Below are positions 40,512 through 50,252 of a stretch of 64,000 nt of DNA, one piece after another. The notes beneath the pieces were generated by a model. The model was not told where the DNA came from. It saw nothing but the letters and a program-made list of their open reading frames with translations, and did no database searches. Location of the stretch: contig CAVWCF010000001.1 in NCBI GenBank assembly GCA_963753435.1, positions 256,001 through 320,000 on the forward strand, given 5' to 3'. Position 1 is the first letter of the stretch; every line of letters begins with the position of its first letter. Origin of the DNA: an uncultured Actinomycetota bacterium (GTDB lineage Bacteria > Actinomycetota > Actinomycetes > CAVWCF01). The position numbers and the translations under genes were made by a program.

Positions 40512-42928
40512 GCGATCACCAGACGGCGACGCAGGCAGCAGCGCCGGACACGTCCCGGTCACTGGAGCCAATCGTTACCTACGAACGTTCGCCGGTCGAT
40601 GTCCTTCGCGTCATCGCATTGGTCGTGGTCCTGGGGTTGGGCATCCTTCTCGATCTGGCTGCGACCGGCACTATCGCGGGCATCGAGTTGGACCTGGTTC
40701 GGCTGTTCGAACGCTTGCCGATCGGGGTCGAGATCGCGTTCGTCGTCCTCGTCCAACTGGTCGCATTCATCGTTCAACTGGTCCTCGTCGGGTGGCAGGT
40801 GTGGCGACGGCAGTGGCGCACGCTGGCAACGGTGGTGTTGGCAGTTGCTCTGTCCAGCGGCATCTACTCGCTGGTGGATGAACAACTGAACCGGCCCGCA
40901 CCCCCAGGACTTGCCGAGGTGGACCTACCCGGTCCGGTGCTTGAGGGGGAAACCTGGCCAAGTGGGGCCGGCCTAGCCGGCTGGGCTGCTTTCATCGTGG
41001 TGCTCGACTCCAAGTTGACGCGCAAGTGGCGACGGGCGCAGTGGGTCCTGCTCGCAGCGATGGCGCTCCTGCGCGTCGTCACGGCCACCTCGTTTCCTCT
41101 GGACATCGTCGTTTCCCTGGCGATCGGTGGCCTGGCCGGTACTGGAGCACTGCTCTTGGCGGGCCGACCGAGCCGACGGCCGTCGGACGGGGCGGTCGCC
41201 GAAGCCCTGGATCGGCTACGCCTCGATATCGTCGAGGTGAAACCGGCCGCTGTTGATGCCCGCGGCTCCAAGCCCTACTTCGCGCGTCGCAGCGACGACA
41301 GCCGAGTGTTTGCGAAGGTGCTGGGAACTCAGGAGCGGTACGCGGACATCCTGTTCCGCACCTACCGGCGCATCCGGTACCCCGGACTCGCAGACGAACG
41401 CGCCTTCTCGTCGCTGCGGCGGGCGGTTGAGCACGAAGCGATGCTGTCGTTGATGGCTCGTGACGTCGACATTCGTACTCCCCGCTTCCTGGGGCTGGCC
41501 GGATTCACCGGGATGGACGCCCTGGTCCTGACGTATGAGGGGATCAACGGCAAGTCGCTGGATTCGATCCCGGTCGAGCGCCTGAATGAGTCGGTCCTGA
41601 CTGAGACCTGGACGTTGGTGCAGCGGCTGCATGCGCATGGAATCGCGCACCGGGACCTGCGGCTTGCCAACGTGTTCCTGGACGACGACGAACAGGTCTG
41701 GTTGATCGACTTCGGCTTCGGCGAGGCCGCTGCGGAGGACGACCTCATCGCCCAGGACGTGGCTGAACTTCTAGCCGCAACGGCGTGCGCCGTGGGCACC
41801 GAACGTGCAGTAGCTGCGGCGCATCAGGTGTTGAGCGATGCGGAGCTGGCCGCGGCCATGCCCCGATTGCAGAAGGCAACCCTGTCCACCGCCACCCGCA
41901 CCGCCGCGAAGGAGCTGGACGGTGGTGTCGACGGCATTCGGCACGAGGTGAGCCGCGTGTCCGGCCAGGACGAGCCCGAGTTGGCCACCGTCGACCGGAT
42001 CAGCCCACGAACGATCGTCACGCTTGCCGTGATCGGCCTGGCCGTGTACTTCCTCATCCCGCAACTGACGGACTTGCCCGGCCTCATCAGGTCATTGCGC
42101 GACGTCAACTGGTTCTGGGTCGGGCCGGTGATTGGGGCCTCGCTGTTGACATACGCCGGAGCGGCCTTGGGCCTGGCCAGCTGCGTGTTGCCACGGGTGC
42201 CCTACCTGCCGGCTCTGGGCGTCTCTCTGGCCGGGTCCTTCGTGAACCGACTGGCGCCGGTCAAAGTGGCCGGCGCCGCACTGAACATCCGCTTCCTGCA
42301 GAAGCGTGGGGTCACGCCACTCACAGCCGTCGCCGGAGCGGGCGTGATCGCCGCAGTCGGCCTTGTAGCGCACTTGTCGATCACGCTGTTCACGCTGCTG
42401 GCGGCAGGTCGGGGCGCCGACGATCTGCCGTTCAGCCTGCCCAGCGGCTCGGCAGTTCTTCTCGGGGTGACCGCCGTCCTCGTCGTGATCGGCGTGGCCA
42501 TTGGGATCCCCCGCACTCGCACACTGCTCGGGCAGTACGTGCTGCCCGCGCTGAAGTCGACCGGCACGTCTCTGCGTGATCTGGCCAGCCGGCCCACCAA
42601 GGTGCTGGGCCTAGTGATCGGCGGGGCGCTGATTCCGATCTCGTATTCGCTGTGCCTGTACTGGTCGGTTGAGGCCTTCGGCGGCGGGATCTCGTTGGTT
42701 ACCGTCGCGGTGGTATTCCTCACCCTTGGCACGATCGCTTCGGCCGCCCCCACGCCGGGCGGCGTGGGTGCAGTGGAAGCCGCGCTGATCGGCGGTCTCA
42801 CCGCGGCCGGACTACCGGCCGAGCAGGCGCTCCCCGCGGTGTTCTTGTACCGCCTTGCCACCTTCTGGGTTCCGGTGCTTCCAGGCTGGGGCGCCTTCTC
42901 CCTGCTACAGCGGCGCGAGTTCGTCTAG
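40508..42928 (+). CDS. Fusion of N-terminal TM region, kinase-like domain and LPG-synthase-TM (flippase-like) domain
   Basis: FAKV, HRDLRLANV, LIDFG; C-terminal PTPGGVGAVEAAL, LYRLATFW. Confidence 0.85.
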   Translation: MSDHQTATQAAAPDTSRSLEPIVTYERSPVDVLRVIALVVVLGLGILLDLAATGTIAGIELDLVRLFERLPIGVEIAFVVLVQLVAFIVQLVLVGWQVWRRQWRTLATVVLAVALSSGIYSLVDEQLNRPAPPGLAEVDLPGPVLEGETWPSGAGLAGWAAFIVVLDSKLTRKWRRAQWVLLAAMALLRVVTATSFPLDIVVSLAIGGLAGTGALLLAGRPSRRPSDGAVAEALDRLRLDIVEVKPAAVDARGSKPYFARRSDDSRVFAKVLGTQERYADILFRTYRRIRYPGLADERAFSSLRRAVEHEAMLSLMARDVDIRTPRFLGLAGFTGMDALVLTYEGINGKSLDSIPVERLNESVLTETWTLVQRLHAHGIAHRDLRLANVFLDDDEQVWLIDFGFGEAAAEDDLIAQDVAELLAATACAVGTERAVAAAHQVLSDAELAAAMPRLQKATLSTATRTAAKELDGGVDGIRHEVSRVSGQDEPELATVDRISPRTIVTLAVIGLAVYFLIPQLTDLPGLIRSLRDVNWFWVGPVIGASLLTYAGAALGLASCVLPRVPYLPALGVSLAGSFVNRLAPVKVAGAALNIRFLQKRGVTPLTAVAGAGVIAAVGLVAHLSITLFTLLAAGRGADDLPFSLPSGSAVLLGVTAVLVVIGVAIGIPRTRTLLGQYVLPALKSTGTSLRDLASRPTKVLGLVIGGALIPISYSLCLYWSVEAFGGGISLVTVAVVFLTLGTIASAAPTPGGVGAVEAALIGGLTAAGLPAEQALPAVFLYRLATFWVPVLPGWGAFSLLQRREFV

Positions 42929-42947
42929 TCGGACCTGTTCAGACATG

Positions 42948-42981
42948 CGGAAGGGGGCCGGTGGAAACCGGCCCCCTTCCG
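42948..42981. terminator. Bidirectional intrinsic terminator
   Basis: 15-bp perfect stem CGGAAGGGGGCCGGT/ACCGGCCCCCTTCCG, GGAA loop, between convergent genes. Confidence 0.85.
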
Positions 42982-42990
42982 ACGCCTAGT

Positions 42991-43422
42991 TCAGTCGCGC
43001 TTGGAAAACCACCGCGCTGCTTCTTCCTCAAAGAAGAGCAGGTAGAGGATCAGGAAGGCGACCAGGCCGGTGAAGAGAGCGCTCCACCAGTAGCTCCAGG
43101 CGCCCCAGAGCAGGATCAGGCCCAAGCCAGCGCTGATGAGGCGCATCATCGCCACGATGCCGATGATGATGCGGGCGACGTTGCTGCCGCGCAGCAATCC
43201 CCAAGCGAGAAGCAGGGTGATGATGCCCAGCGCCAGGGTTACGACGCCGATCGTCTGCAGTTCCCCGGTCGTGTGGCCCGTGCGGACCAGGCTCTCCAAC
43301 ACGTTGTCGGCGTTAACCAGGAATACGAGCCCGAAGATGACCTCGAGCGCACCGGAGATGATCGCCAGGACGGCTACCAGCGTGACACCGGTAGGTCTAG
43401 TTCCGGTCGTGGCTGTACTCAT
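42991..43422 (-). CDS. Small 4-TM membrane protein
   Basis: RPTGVTLVA, GLLRGSNVAR; AAGGAGG RBS. Confidence 0.82.
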   Translation of the reverse strand: MSTATTGTRPTGVTLVAVLAIISGALEVIFGLVFLVNADNVLESLVRTGHTTGELQTIGVVTLALGIITLLLAWGLLRGSNVARIIIGIVAMMRLISAGLGLILLWGAWSYWWSALFTGLVAFLILYLLFFEEEAARWFSKRD

Positions 43423-43502
43423 TCGATCCTCCTTGTAGGTCGAGCGCCATGATCATGACGGCGGCGGCAACGCGGTTTCGCGGGGGCGCGCTGCCAAGAT
43501 CA

Positions 43503-44309
43503 TCACGATTCGGTCACACCAGACAGGTGCGCGCATGCAATCGCGGCTGCGGCCGCCACGTTGAGGGAATCGACCCCCGAACGCATGGGAATCCTTACGG
43601 CCTGGGTGGCCCGCGCCACGGTTGCCGCGCGCAGGCCCGGTCCCTCGGCGCCGAGCAGCAAGGTGCAGCGGCCCCCCGCCGGGATCGCGACGTCGGCCAT
43701 TACGCCCGGCCCCCGGGGGGTCAGGGCGACTAGTTCGTGCCCGGCATCGCGCAGGACCTCCAGGTCATCAGGCCAGCGCGTGGCCCGCGCGTGGGGCAGG
43801 CCCAGGACCGCCCCCATGCTGACCTTCACGGAACGGCGGTACAGCGGATCCCCACACCGGGGGTCGAGCACGAGGCCGTCGAACCCCAGCGCGAGCGCTG
43901 AGCGAGCGATCGCACCGACGTTCGTCGGATCAACCAGGCCCTCTAGCGCCACCAGCCGGCGGGCCGTTCTGGCCAACGTGGGCAGATCCGGTTGGGGCGG
44001 CCGTTCGAACGCAGCCAGGGCGCCCCGGTGAACCCGGAAACCGGTGATCCGTTCGATCCCGGAGTCGGCGATCAATAGGACGTCAGCCGAAGTCGGGAGG
44101 AGGTCAGCCACGGTCGGCAGCCAGCGGGGCGACGTCAGCACCGTTCGCAGCCGGTGCCCCTGCGCCAACGCCCGCTCTATCACCGCGGCGCCTTCGGCTA
44201 TGTACAAGCCATTGGCGGCTTCCTGACTGCGCCGCCAGGCCACGTCTGTTAGCCCGGTGAACGCCAGAACGGCCGGATCGTCCAAATCTGCCTCTCGTAC
44301 CGGGCTCAT
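43503..44309 (-). CDS. TrmH/SpoU-family RNA methyltransferase
   Basis: DPTNVGAIARS, LGAEGPGL, IPM..VDSLNVA. Confidence 0.92.
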   Translation of the reverse strand: MSPVREADLDDPAVLAFTGLTDVAWRRSQEAANGLYIAEGAAVIERALAQGHRLRTVLTSPRWLPTVADLLPTSADVLLIADSGIERITGFRVHRGALAAFERPPQPDLPTLARTARRLVALEGLVDPTNVGAIARSALALGFDGLVLDPRCGDPLYRRSVKVSMGAVLGLPHARATRWPDDLEVLRDAGHELVALTPRGPGVMADVAIPAGGRCTLLLGAEGPGLRAATVARATQAVRIPMRSGVDSLNVAAAAAIACAHLSGVTES

Positions 44310-44329
44310 CACCCGAACGCTAGTTCCCC

Positions 44330-44356
44330 CTCAACCGGCGCCCGCGGACTGCCGAA
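44330..44356 (+). promoter_or_regulatory. FliA/WhiG (sigma-28)-type promoter
   Basis: CTCA-N17-GCCGAA, 9 nt before ATG 44366. Confidence 0.5.
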
Positions 44357-44365
44357 ATGCCGGAT

Positions 44366-45505
44366 ATGCCAGCCGGTGCGTCCGCCCCGGTGCGTAAGCG
44401 GCTGCTTCGGCGCCCGCGGGCGCACCGATTCGTGGCGTGCCTGACGGTCGTGGCAGTGGCAGCACCCGTGGTTATCGCCGCCCCCGCGTGGGCCGACAGT
44501 GCTGAAGAGGCTCGCAAGGCGGCAGCAGCAGCGGCTGCGCAGGTCGACAAACTGCGACCGGAGATTGACGCCGCGCAGTCGGAGTACGCGGCGGCTGTCG
44601 CATCCGTTGGAACAGTGGTGACCCGAACGGTCGCCGCGGATCGCACCGCGGATGATCTGGAGTTGCGCCGCCGAGACCAGGAAACGCAGCAACGGCAGCG
44701 CATCCGCACCGTCTACATGGCCGGTGGCATGGCGGGGGTCTGGGGCACCGTCCTGGCCGCGACGGATGCGCAGGACGCCCTCAACCGCGTTGATGCCGCC
44801 CGGCGGGTCATGTCCGCCGACGTAAGCACCAGCGTTGAGTTCGCTGACGCGGCCAAGCAGGCCCGTGCCGAAGCACAAGCCTCGGATGCACTGGCTGAAT
44901 CTGTCGTGCAGCGGGCCGACGACGTGGAGCAGGCGTTCGCGGAACTCCTTCAGGTGCTAAGCGCGGCTGAGGCCGAACTAGCCGCCCTTGACGCCACCGC
45001 GCGCCGCCTAGAGGCGGCAGAGGCTGCGGCTAAGGCCCTCGAGGAGGCCCGGGCCCAAGCACAGGCGGCGGCGCTGGCACGTGCCCGGCAGGCAAGCGCC
45101 GGCCAGGTTCCAGCGGACTACTTCTCTTTGTACCGGGCCGCGGCCGCGACCTGCACCGGGTTGCCCTGGACTGTTGTCGCGGCCATCGGCCAGGTGGAGA
45201 CCGGTCATGGCAGCAACGTCGCCGTCTCCTCGGCGGGGGCTCAGGGACCGATGCAGTTCATGCCCCGCACGTTCGCCGCCTACGGCGTCGACGGTGACGG
45301 CGACGGCGACATCGACATCTGGGACCCGGCAGACTCGGTCTTCAGCGCGGCCAACTACCTGTGCGCCAACGGCGCCGGAACGCCGAGGAAGCTTCGGGGG
45401 GCGATTTGGCGGTACAACCACGCCGACTGGTACGTCGAGATGGTGCTACGAATCGCCGGCCAACTGGCTCAGCGTGCCGGCGAAGCCCCGCCGTTGGCGC
45501 CCTGA
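44366..45505 (+). CDS. Secreted coiled-coil lytic transglycosylase
   Basis: Signal peptide, coiled coil, IGQVETGHG, GAQGPMQF, AANYL, YNH. Confidence 0.88.
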   Translation: MPAGASAPVRKRLLRRPRAHRFVACLTVVAVAAPVVIAAPAWADSAEEARKAAAAAAAQVDKLRPEIDAAQSEYAAAVASVGTVVTRTVAADRTADDLELRRRDQETQQRQRIRTVYMAGGMAGVWGTVLAATDAQDALNRVDAARRVMSADVSTSVEFADAAKQARAEAQASDALAESVVQRADDVEQAFAELLQVLSAAEAELAALDATARRLEAAEAAAKALEEARAQAQAAALARARQASAGQVPADYFSLYRAAAATCTGLPWTVVAAIGQVETGHGSNVAVSSAGAQGPMQFMPRTFAAYGVDGDGDGDIDIWDPADSVFSAANYLCANGAGTPRKLRGAIWRYNHADWYVEMVLRIAGQLAQRAGEAPPLAP

Positions 45506-46407
45506 CCGTTGAAGGCTGATCCGATTCCCTCCAGCGCCCGGGCCAGTTCCACCGGCACCACCCACACCTTGTTCGCATCGCCCTGGGCGATCTGCGGCAG
45601 CGCTTGCAGATACTGATAGGCCAGCAATCCGGCATCGGGATTGTTGGCGTGAATGGCGCTGAACACCTGCTCGATGGCCCGAGCCTCACCTTCGGCTCGA
45701 ACGATTGCCGCCTTGGCGTCGCCTTCAGCCCGAAGAACGGCCGCCTGCGCCTCACCCTCGGCCCGCAGGATGGCTCCGTTGCGCGCACCCTCGGCGGTGA
45801 GGATCTCCCCCTGCTTGGCTCCTTCGGCAGTGAGAACGGTTGCGCGCTTGTCCCGTTCCGCGCGCATCTGCTTCTCCATCGCCTCCTGCACGCTGGCCGG
45901 CGGGTCGATGGCCTTCAGCTCGACGCGGTTGACGCGAATCCCCCACTTGCCGGTGGCCTCGTCCAGAACGCCCCGCAACTGGCCGTTGATCTGGTCGCGG
46001 CTGGTGAGCGTGATCTCCAGGTCCATGCCACCGATGACGTTTCGCAGTGTCGTAACGGTCAGCTGCTCGATACCGGCGATGTAGTCGGTGATCTCATACG
46101 TGGCCGCCTTGGGGTCGGTTACTTGGTAGTACACGACCGTGTCGATCTCAACGACCAGGTTGTCCTCGGTGATGACCGGCTGCGGTGGGAAGGACACCAC
46201 CTGCTCGCGCAGGTCCACCAATGGCCGCAAGCGGTCCACGAACGGGATGAGGAGCGACAGCCCGGCATCCAACGTCCGCTGATAGCGACCGAGCCGTTCG
46301 ACCAGGCCGGCGTGCGCCTGGGGCACGATGCGGACGGTGCGGCTGAGGACGATCAGCACGATCACCAGAACGATCAATGCGGCGATCAAGGCGGAAACGG
46401 CTTCCAC
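45469..46407 (-). CDS. SPFH/stomatin-like protein
   Basis: VERLGRY, TLRNVIG, AMEKQMRAER. Confidence 0.93.
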   Translation of the reverse strand: MEAVSALIAALIVLVIVLIVLSRTVRIVPQAHAGLVERLGRYQRTLDAGLSLLIPFVDRLRPLVDLREQVVSFPPQPVITEDNLVVEIDTVVYYQVTDPKAATYEITDYIAGIEQLTVTTLRNVIGGMDLEITLTSRDQINGQLRGVLDEATGKWGIRVNRVELKAIDPPASVQEAMEKQMRAERDKRATVLTAEGAKQGEILTAEGARNGAILRAEGEAQAAVLRAEGDAKAAIVRAEGEARAIEQVFSAIHANNPDAGLLAYQYLQALPQIAQGDANKVWVVPVELARALEGIGSAFNGQGANGGASPAR

Positions 46408-46434
46408 GGGTTCTCCTCAGTGCTGGTCGAAGGC

Positions 46435-46878
46435 TCAGGGCAGGTCGATGTCGGCTTGCAGAACCACAGCGGTGGCGCCGTCGATACGGACCACGTCGAC
46501 GGTCCGGCCCACCTCGATGCGCTGGCCAGGCTCGTAGGCGGTTGCGGACCAAATCTCGCCGGCCAACTTGATGCGCCCGGTGTCGCGATCCACGGGCTCC
46601 ACAACGACGCCCTGGCGGCCGACGAGGGCGGCCACGCCGGTGCGGGTCTGTGGGGTTTGGCGGAGGTGGCGCAGCGCGACTGGCCGGACCGCGGCCAGCA
46701 TGAGCACGGCGACTCCGCTGCCTATCAACACTTGGGCCAGCAGCGGGCCCCCGAGCAGCGCGGTCACCCCGGCAGCCAGCGCCCCGGCCGCGAGCATGGC
46801 GAAGATGAGGTCCAGGGTGAGGATCTCCACCCCGACCAGCACTAGCGCGCCGAGCAGCCACCAGCCCCAATCAGGCAT
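46435..46878 (-). CDS. NfeD-family protein
   Basis: 3 TM plus GRIKLAGEIWSA OB fold; upstream of SPFH gene. Confidence 0.9.
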   Translation of the reverse strand: MPDWGWWLLGALVLVGVEILTLDLIFAMLAAGALAAGVTALLGGPLLAQVLIGSGVAVLMLAAVRPVALRHLRQTPQTRTGVAALVGRQGVVVEPVDRDTGRIKLAGEIWSATAYEPGQRIEVGRTVDVVRIDGATAVVLQADIDLP

Positions 46879-46913
46879 GCACCGACCTTAACCGCAATCA
46901 GCTGGCGCGGCCT

Positions 46914-47741
46914 TCAGCCGTTCGCCGGCCTGGGCGCGGCACGGGCGGTGAAGCGGCCGGCCCAATGGGTGACCGCCAGGGGTATGCCGAACGTTGCCGA
47001 CAGGTTTTCCGCGGTCACCACCTGCTGCAGCGGTCCCGCCGCGACGATGCGGCCGCGGCCCAGCAGCATTGCGTGTGTGAAGCCGTCCGGGATCTCCTCC
47101 ACATGGTGAGTGACCAGAACCATCACCGGGGCATCGGGTTGGCGTGCCAACGCTGTGAGTCTGGCGACCAGGTCTTCGCGAGCGCCCAGGTCGAGACCTG
47201 CGGCTGGTTCATCCAGCAGCAGCAGTTCTGGGTCCGGCATCAGGGCCCGGGCGATCTGCACCCGCTTTCGTTCGCCTTCGGACAGGGTGCCGAAGGTTCG
47301 GTGCGCGAGGTGCTCGACCCCGAGCTGTCGGAGCAGTTGCGCCGCCCGCTGGTCATCGCTGCCGTCGTAGCGCTCCCGCCACCGGCCCATGACCGCGTAG
47401 GCCGCGGTCCGAACCACGTCGAGAACGGTTTCGGTGCTCGGCATGCGTTCGGCCAGTGCCGCCGAAGCAAGGCCGATCCGCGGTCGGAGGTCGAACACGT
47501 CCACGTCCCCGAGGGCCTCCCCCAGGATCACCGCATCCCCGGACGTGGGAAACAGTGTCGCCGCGAGGATCTGCAGCAAAGTGGTCTTGCCGGCGCCGTT
47601 CGGTCCCAGCACCACCCAGCGGTCCGCGGGCCCGACCTCCCAGTTGATCGAGTCGAGCAGGGTCGAGTTGCCACGCACGACGCAGACGTCGCGCAGATAC
47701 GCGGCGGCGTCGTCGCTGGGGTGCCTGAGGTACTCGGTCAC
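46914..47741 (-). CDS. Stand-alone ABC ATPase (ModF-like)
   Basis: GPNGAGKT, LSEGERKR, LDEP, VTHHVEE. Confidence 0.9.
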   Translation of the reverse strand: MTEYLRHPSDDAAAYLRDVCVVRGNSTLLDSINWEVGPADRWVVLGPNGAGKTTLLQILAATLFPTSGDAVILGEALGDVDVFDLRPRIGLASAALAERMPSTETVLDVVRTAAYAVMGRWRERYDGSDDQRAAQLLRQLGVEHLAHRTFGTLSEGERKRVQIARALMPDPELLLLDEPAAGLDLGAREDLVARLTALARQPDAPVMVLVTHHVEEIPDGFTHAMLLGRGRIVAAGPLQQVVTAENLSATFGIPLAVTHWAGRFTARAAPRPANG

Positions 47742-47779
47742 TGTCCCAACGTATTCGGCGGCGGCCTACGGTGCGGCAC

Positions 47780-48490
47780 ATGCGTTCGGTCCCGCTGTTG
47801 ATGACGGTGTGGAGCAACGCGGTTGTCTGTGCTGCGGAACCGGTAACCCAAGTGCACCGGTTGCTGCCGTTGACCGGGATCGACGTGCCGGCCATCCGCG
47901 ACGGTGAGGCAGCGAAGTTGGCTGACCTGTGGCGGTCCTGGTCCGAGCTCGAGGTCACCCAGATTCGGCTCCTGCAGCCGCGGCCCGGTCGGCCGATCTC
48001 GTTGCAGCCGACCGAAGTGGCGCGTGCGGGGATGCGGGTCGGCTCGGTTCTGGCCGCGATCGGATCCGGGCAAGCGCTACTGCCCCGCTTCGTCCGCGGT
48101 CAACTGGTCGCATGGGACGTCGCCGCGGTCAACGACCTGGATGCCCTTGCCCAGACGGCCATACGCGAGGCCGAACGGGACTTCGCTGTGGTCCTGCGCG
48201 AGGAGACGGAGTGGCTCGATGCCCAGGTGCAGCCCGCTGGGGACGCTGAGTTGGCCGCCCTGCGGGAGGAGTTGGCAACGCCGGCGCCGCCGGTGCCAAC
48301 CACGCTGCCCGACGCGAACCGAAAGCTCCTCAGCAGATGCGATCAGGTCCTGGTCATCCTGCGCGGGGCCAGGGCGGCGCCGGAACCCGTCTCCGCCGCA
48401 GCCAGAACCGCCCGGTTGGCTGCTCTGGCCCGGCTCGAAGCGGCGACGCTGACCCTTCAGGAGGCCGCTGCCTCCGGCTGGGTAGCGTGA
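47780..48490 (+). CDS. Hypothetical protein
   Basis: Fills gap, high GC3, TACGGT-N7-ATG. Confidence 0.72.
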   Translation: MRSVPLLMTVWSNAVVCAAEPVTQVHRLLPLTGIDVPAIRDGEAAKLADLWRSWSELEVTQIRLLQPRPGRPISLQPTEVARAGMRVGSVLAAIGSGQALLPRFVRGQLVAWDVAAVNDLDALAQTAIREAERDFAVVLREETEWLDAQVQPAGDAELAALREELATPAPPVPTTLPDANRKLLSRCDQVLVILRGARAAPEPVSAAARTARLAALARLEAATLTLQEAAASGWVA

Positions 48491-48497
48491 CCGCCCG

Positions 48498-49718
48498 ATG
48501 CCTCACCACCAGTCCCTGCTGCTGACGCTCGTCGGTGCCGACCGCCCGGGTTTGACCGGTGCGTTGTTTTCGGCTGTCGGCGACTGCGACGTGGCCGTTC
48601 ACGACGTCGAGCAGGTGGTCATTCGAGGCCGACTCGTCCTTGGGGTGCTGCTGATCGGCCCGGATTGTGAGGCCGCCGCCGCGCGCATGTCGGCGGCGGC
48701 CGAAGACCTTGGCCTATCGGTGACCAGCGAACCAGGGGCCGCCGCGGAGGATCCGCGCCGCCGCGGTCGGATAGTCGTCACCGTGCTGGGGCGGCCGATG
48801 ACGGCTGGTGCGTTGGCGGCGGTGGCAAGCGGCGTTGCCGAACACGGCGCGAACATCGACCGCATCGTGCGGCTGGCGAGCTACCCCGTGACCGGGATCG
48901 AGTTGGAGATCTCCGGCGCCGACACCGAATCGCTGCGCGCTGATCTGGCCCGCCAGGCGCCTGGCTGGGGTGTCGACATCGCCGTCTCCCCTGGGGGTCT
49001 AGCCCGCCGCGGCGTGCGGTTGGTGGTTATGGACGTGGACTCCACGCTGATCCAGCAGGAAGTCATCGAATTGTTGGCCGCCGAAGCCGGAGCGGACGCC
49101 GAAGCAGCTGTCGCCGAAATCACGGCAGCTGCCATGCGCGGCGAACTGGACTTTGCCGAATCCCTCACGGCCCGGGTGGAACGGCTCGCGGGCCTGCCGG
49201 AGGAGGTGCTGCACCGGGTGCGCCAGCGGGTGGAACTGGCGCCCGGGGCGCGCACGCTCATTCGCACCCTCAAGCGCATGGGCTACCGCGTAGGAATCGT
49301 TTCGGGCGGGTTCAGCCAGATTACCGACGAACTTGCCGCCGATCTGGGCCTTGACTACGCAGCGGCGAACACGCTTGAGGTGCTCGACGGGCAGCTCACC
49401 GGCCGCCTAAGCGGGCCGTTGGTGGACCGCGCGGGCAAAGCCGCGGCGTTGCGGCGTTTCGCCGCAACGGCGGGCATCCCGCTGGATCAGACGGTGGCCA
49501 TCGGGGACGGCGCCAACGATCTGGACATGCTGGCCGCTGCTGGACTGGGCATCGCCTTCAACGCCAAACCCGTGGTGCGCGACGCTGCCGATGCAGCCGT
49601 GTCGGTGCCGTTCCTGGATGCCGTGCTCTACCTACTGGGCATCACCCGGGATGACGTCGAGTCAGCGGACGCCGCCGCCGGTACCCCGACCCCGGCACCC
49701 CCGGTTCAACAGTCCTAG
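48498..49718 (+). CDS. serB: Phosphoserine phosphatase with ACT domains
   Basis: GADRPG, MDVDSTL, SGGF, GDGANDLDM. Confidence 0.95.
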   Translation: MPHHQSLLLTLVGADRPGLTGALFSAVGDCDVAVHDVEQVVIRGRLVLGVLLIGPDCEAAAARMSAAAEDLGLSVTSEPGAAAEDPRRRGRIVVTVLGRPMTAGALAAVASGVAEHGANIDRIVRLASYPVTGIELEISGADTESLRADLARQAPGWGVDIAVSPGGLARRGVRLVVMDVDSTLIQQEVIELLAAEAGADAEAAVAEITAAAMRGELDFAESLTARVERLAGLPEEVLHRVRQRVELAPGARTLIRTLKRMGYRVGIVSGGFSQITDELAADLGLDYAAANTLEVLDGQLTGRLSGPLVDRAGKAAALRRFAATAGIPLDQTVAIGDGANDLDMLAAAGLGIAFNAKPVVRDAADAAVSVPFLDAVLYLLGITRDDVESADAAAGTPTPAPPVQQS

Positions 49719-49748
49719 TCGGGGCCGGGCCGATCCCGTGCATCGGCC

Positions 49749-50252
49749 TCAGGCGCGAGGCACTGCGAAGTCGATCAGTGATCCACTGCCAGCGCGCAAC
49801 CGCTGCCACTCGGGAACCTGCAGGACTGCAACCGCGGATGTGGGGAACTTCTCCTGAACTGCCGCAGCCAACGGGCCTACGCCCTCGGCCAGGGTCAGCA
49901 CCGCGTCGGCGCATCCAGGGTTGTGCGAGACCAGCAGTTGCACATGGCAATCAGACGGGGCCTCCCCGGCGACCTTGATCAGGTCTTGTGCCGGCGCCGC
50001 GTAGATGCGATCGGAATACTCGACCTCGTAATCGTCCGGCCAGTCGCTGCTCGCTAGTTGCAGGGTTTCGCGGGTTCTGGCTGCTGTCGAGCAGACGATT
50101 CGGTCCGGCAACCCCACCCGGGCGCGGATCCACGCCCCGGCTACTGGGGCGTCCCGGCGGCCACGCGGCGCCAGGGGACGTTGGTGATCGGCCACTCCGG
50201 CCGGCCACGCGGCCTTTGCGTGCCGGAGGATCACCAGGAGCGGCAAAGTCAG
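49749..50252 (-). CDS. SixA-like histidine phosphatase
   Basis: LRHAKA, STAARTRET, SHNPG, FPTS; start CTG 50252 or TTG 50246. Confidence 0.85.
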   Translation of the reverse strand: MTLPLLVILRHAKAAWPAGVADHQRPLAPRGRRDAPVAGAWIRARVGLPDRIVCSTAARTRETLQLASSDWPDDYEVEYSDRIYAAPAQDLIKVAGEAPSDCHVQLLVSHNPGCADAVLTLAEGVGPLAAAVQEKFPTSAVAVLQVPEWQRLRAGSGSLIDFAVPRA

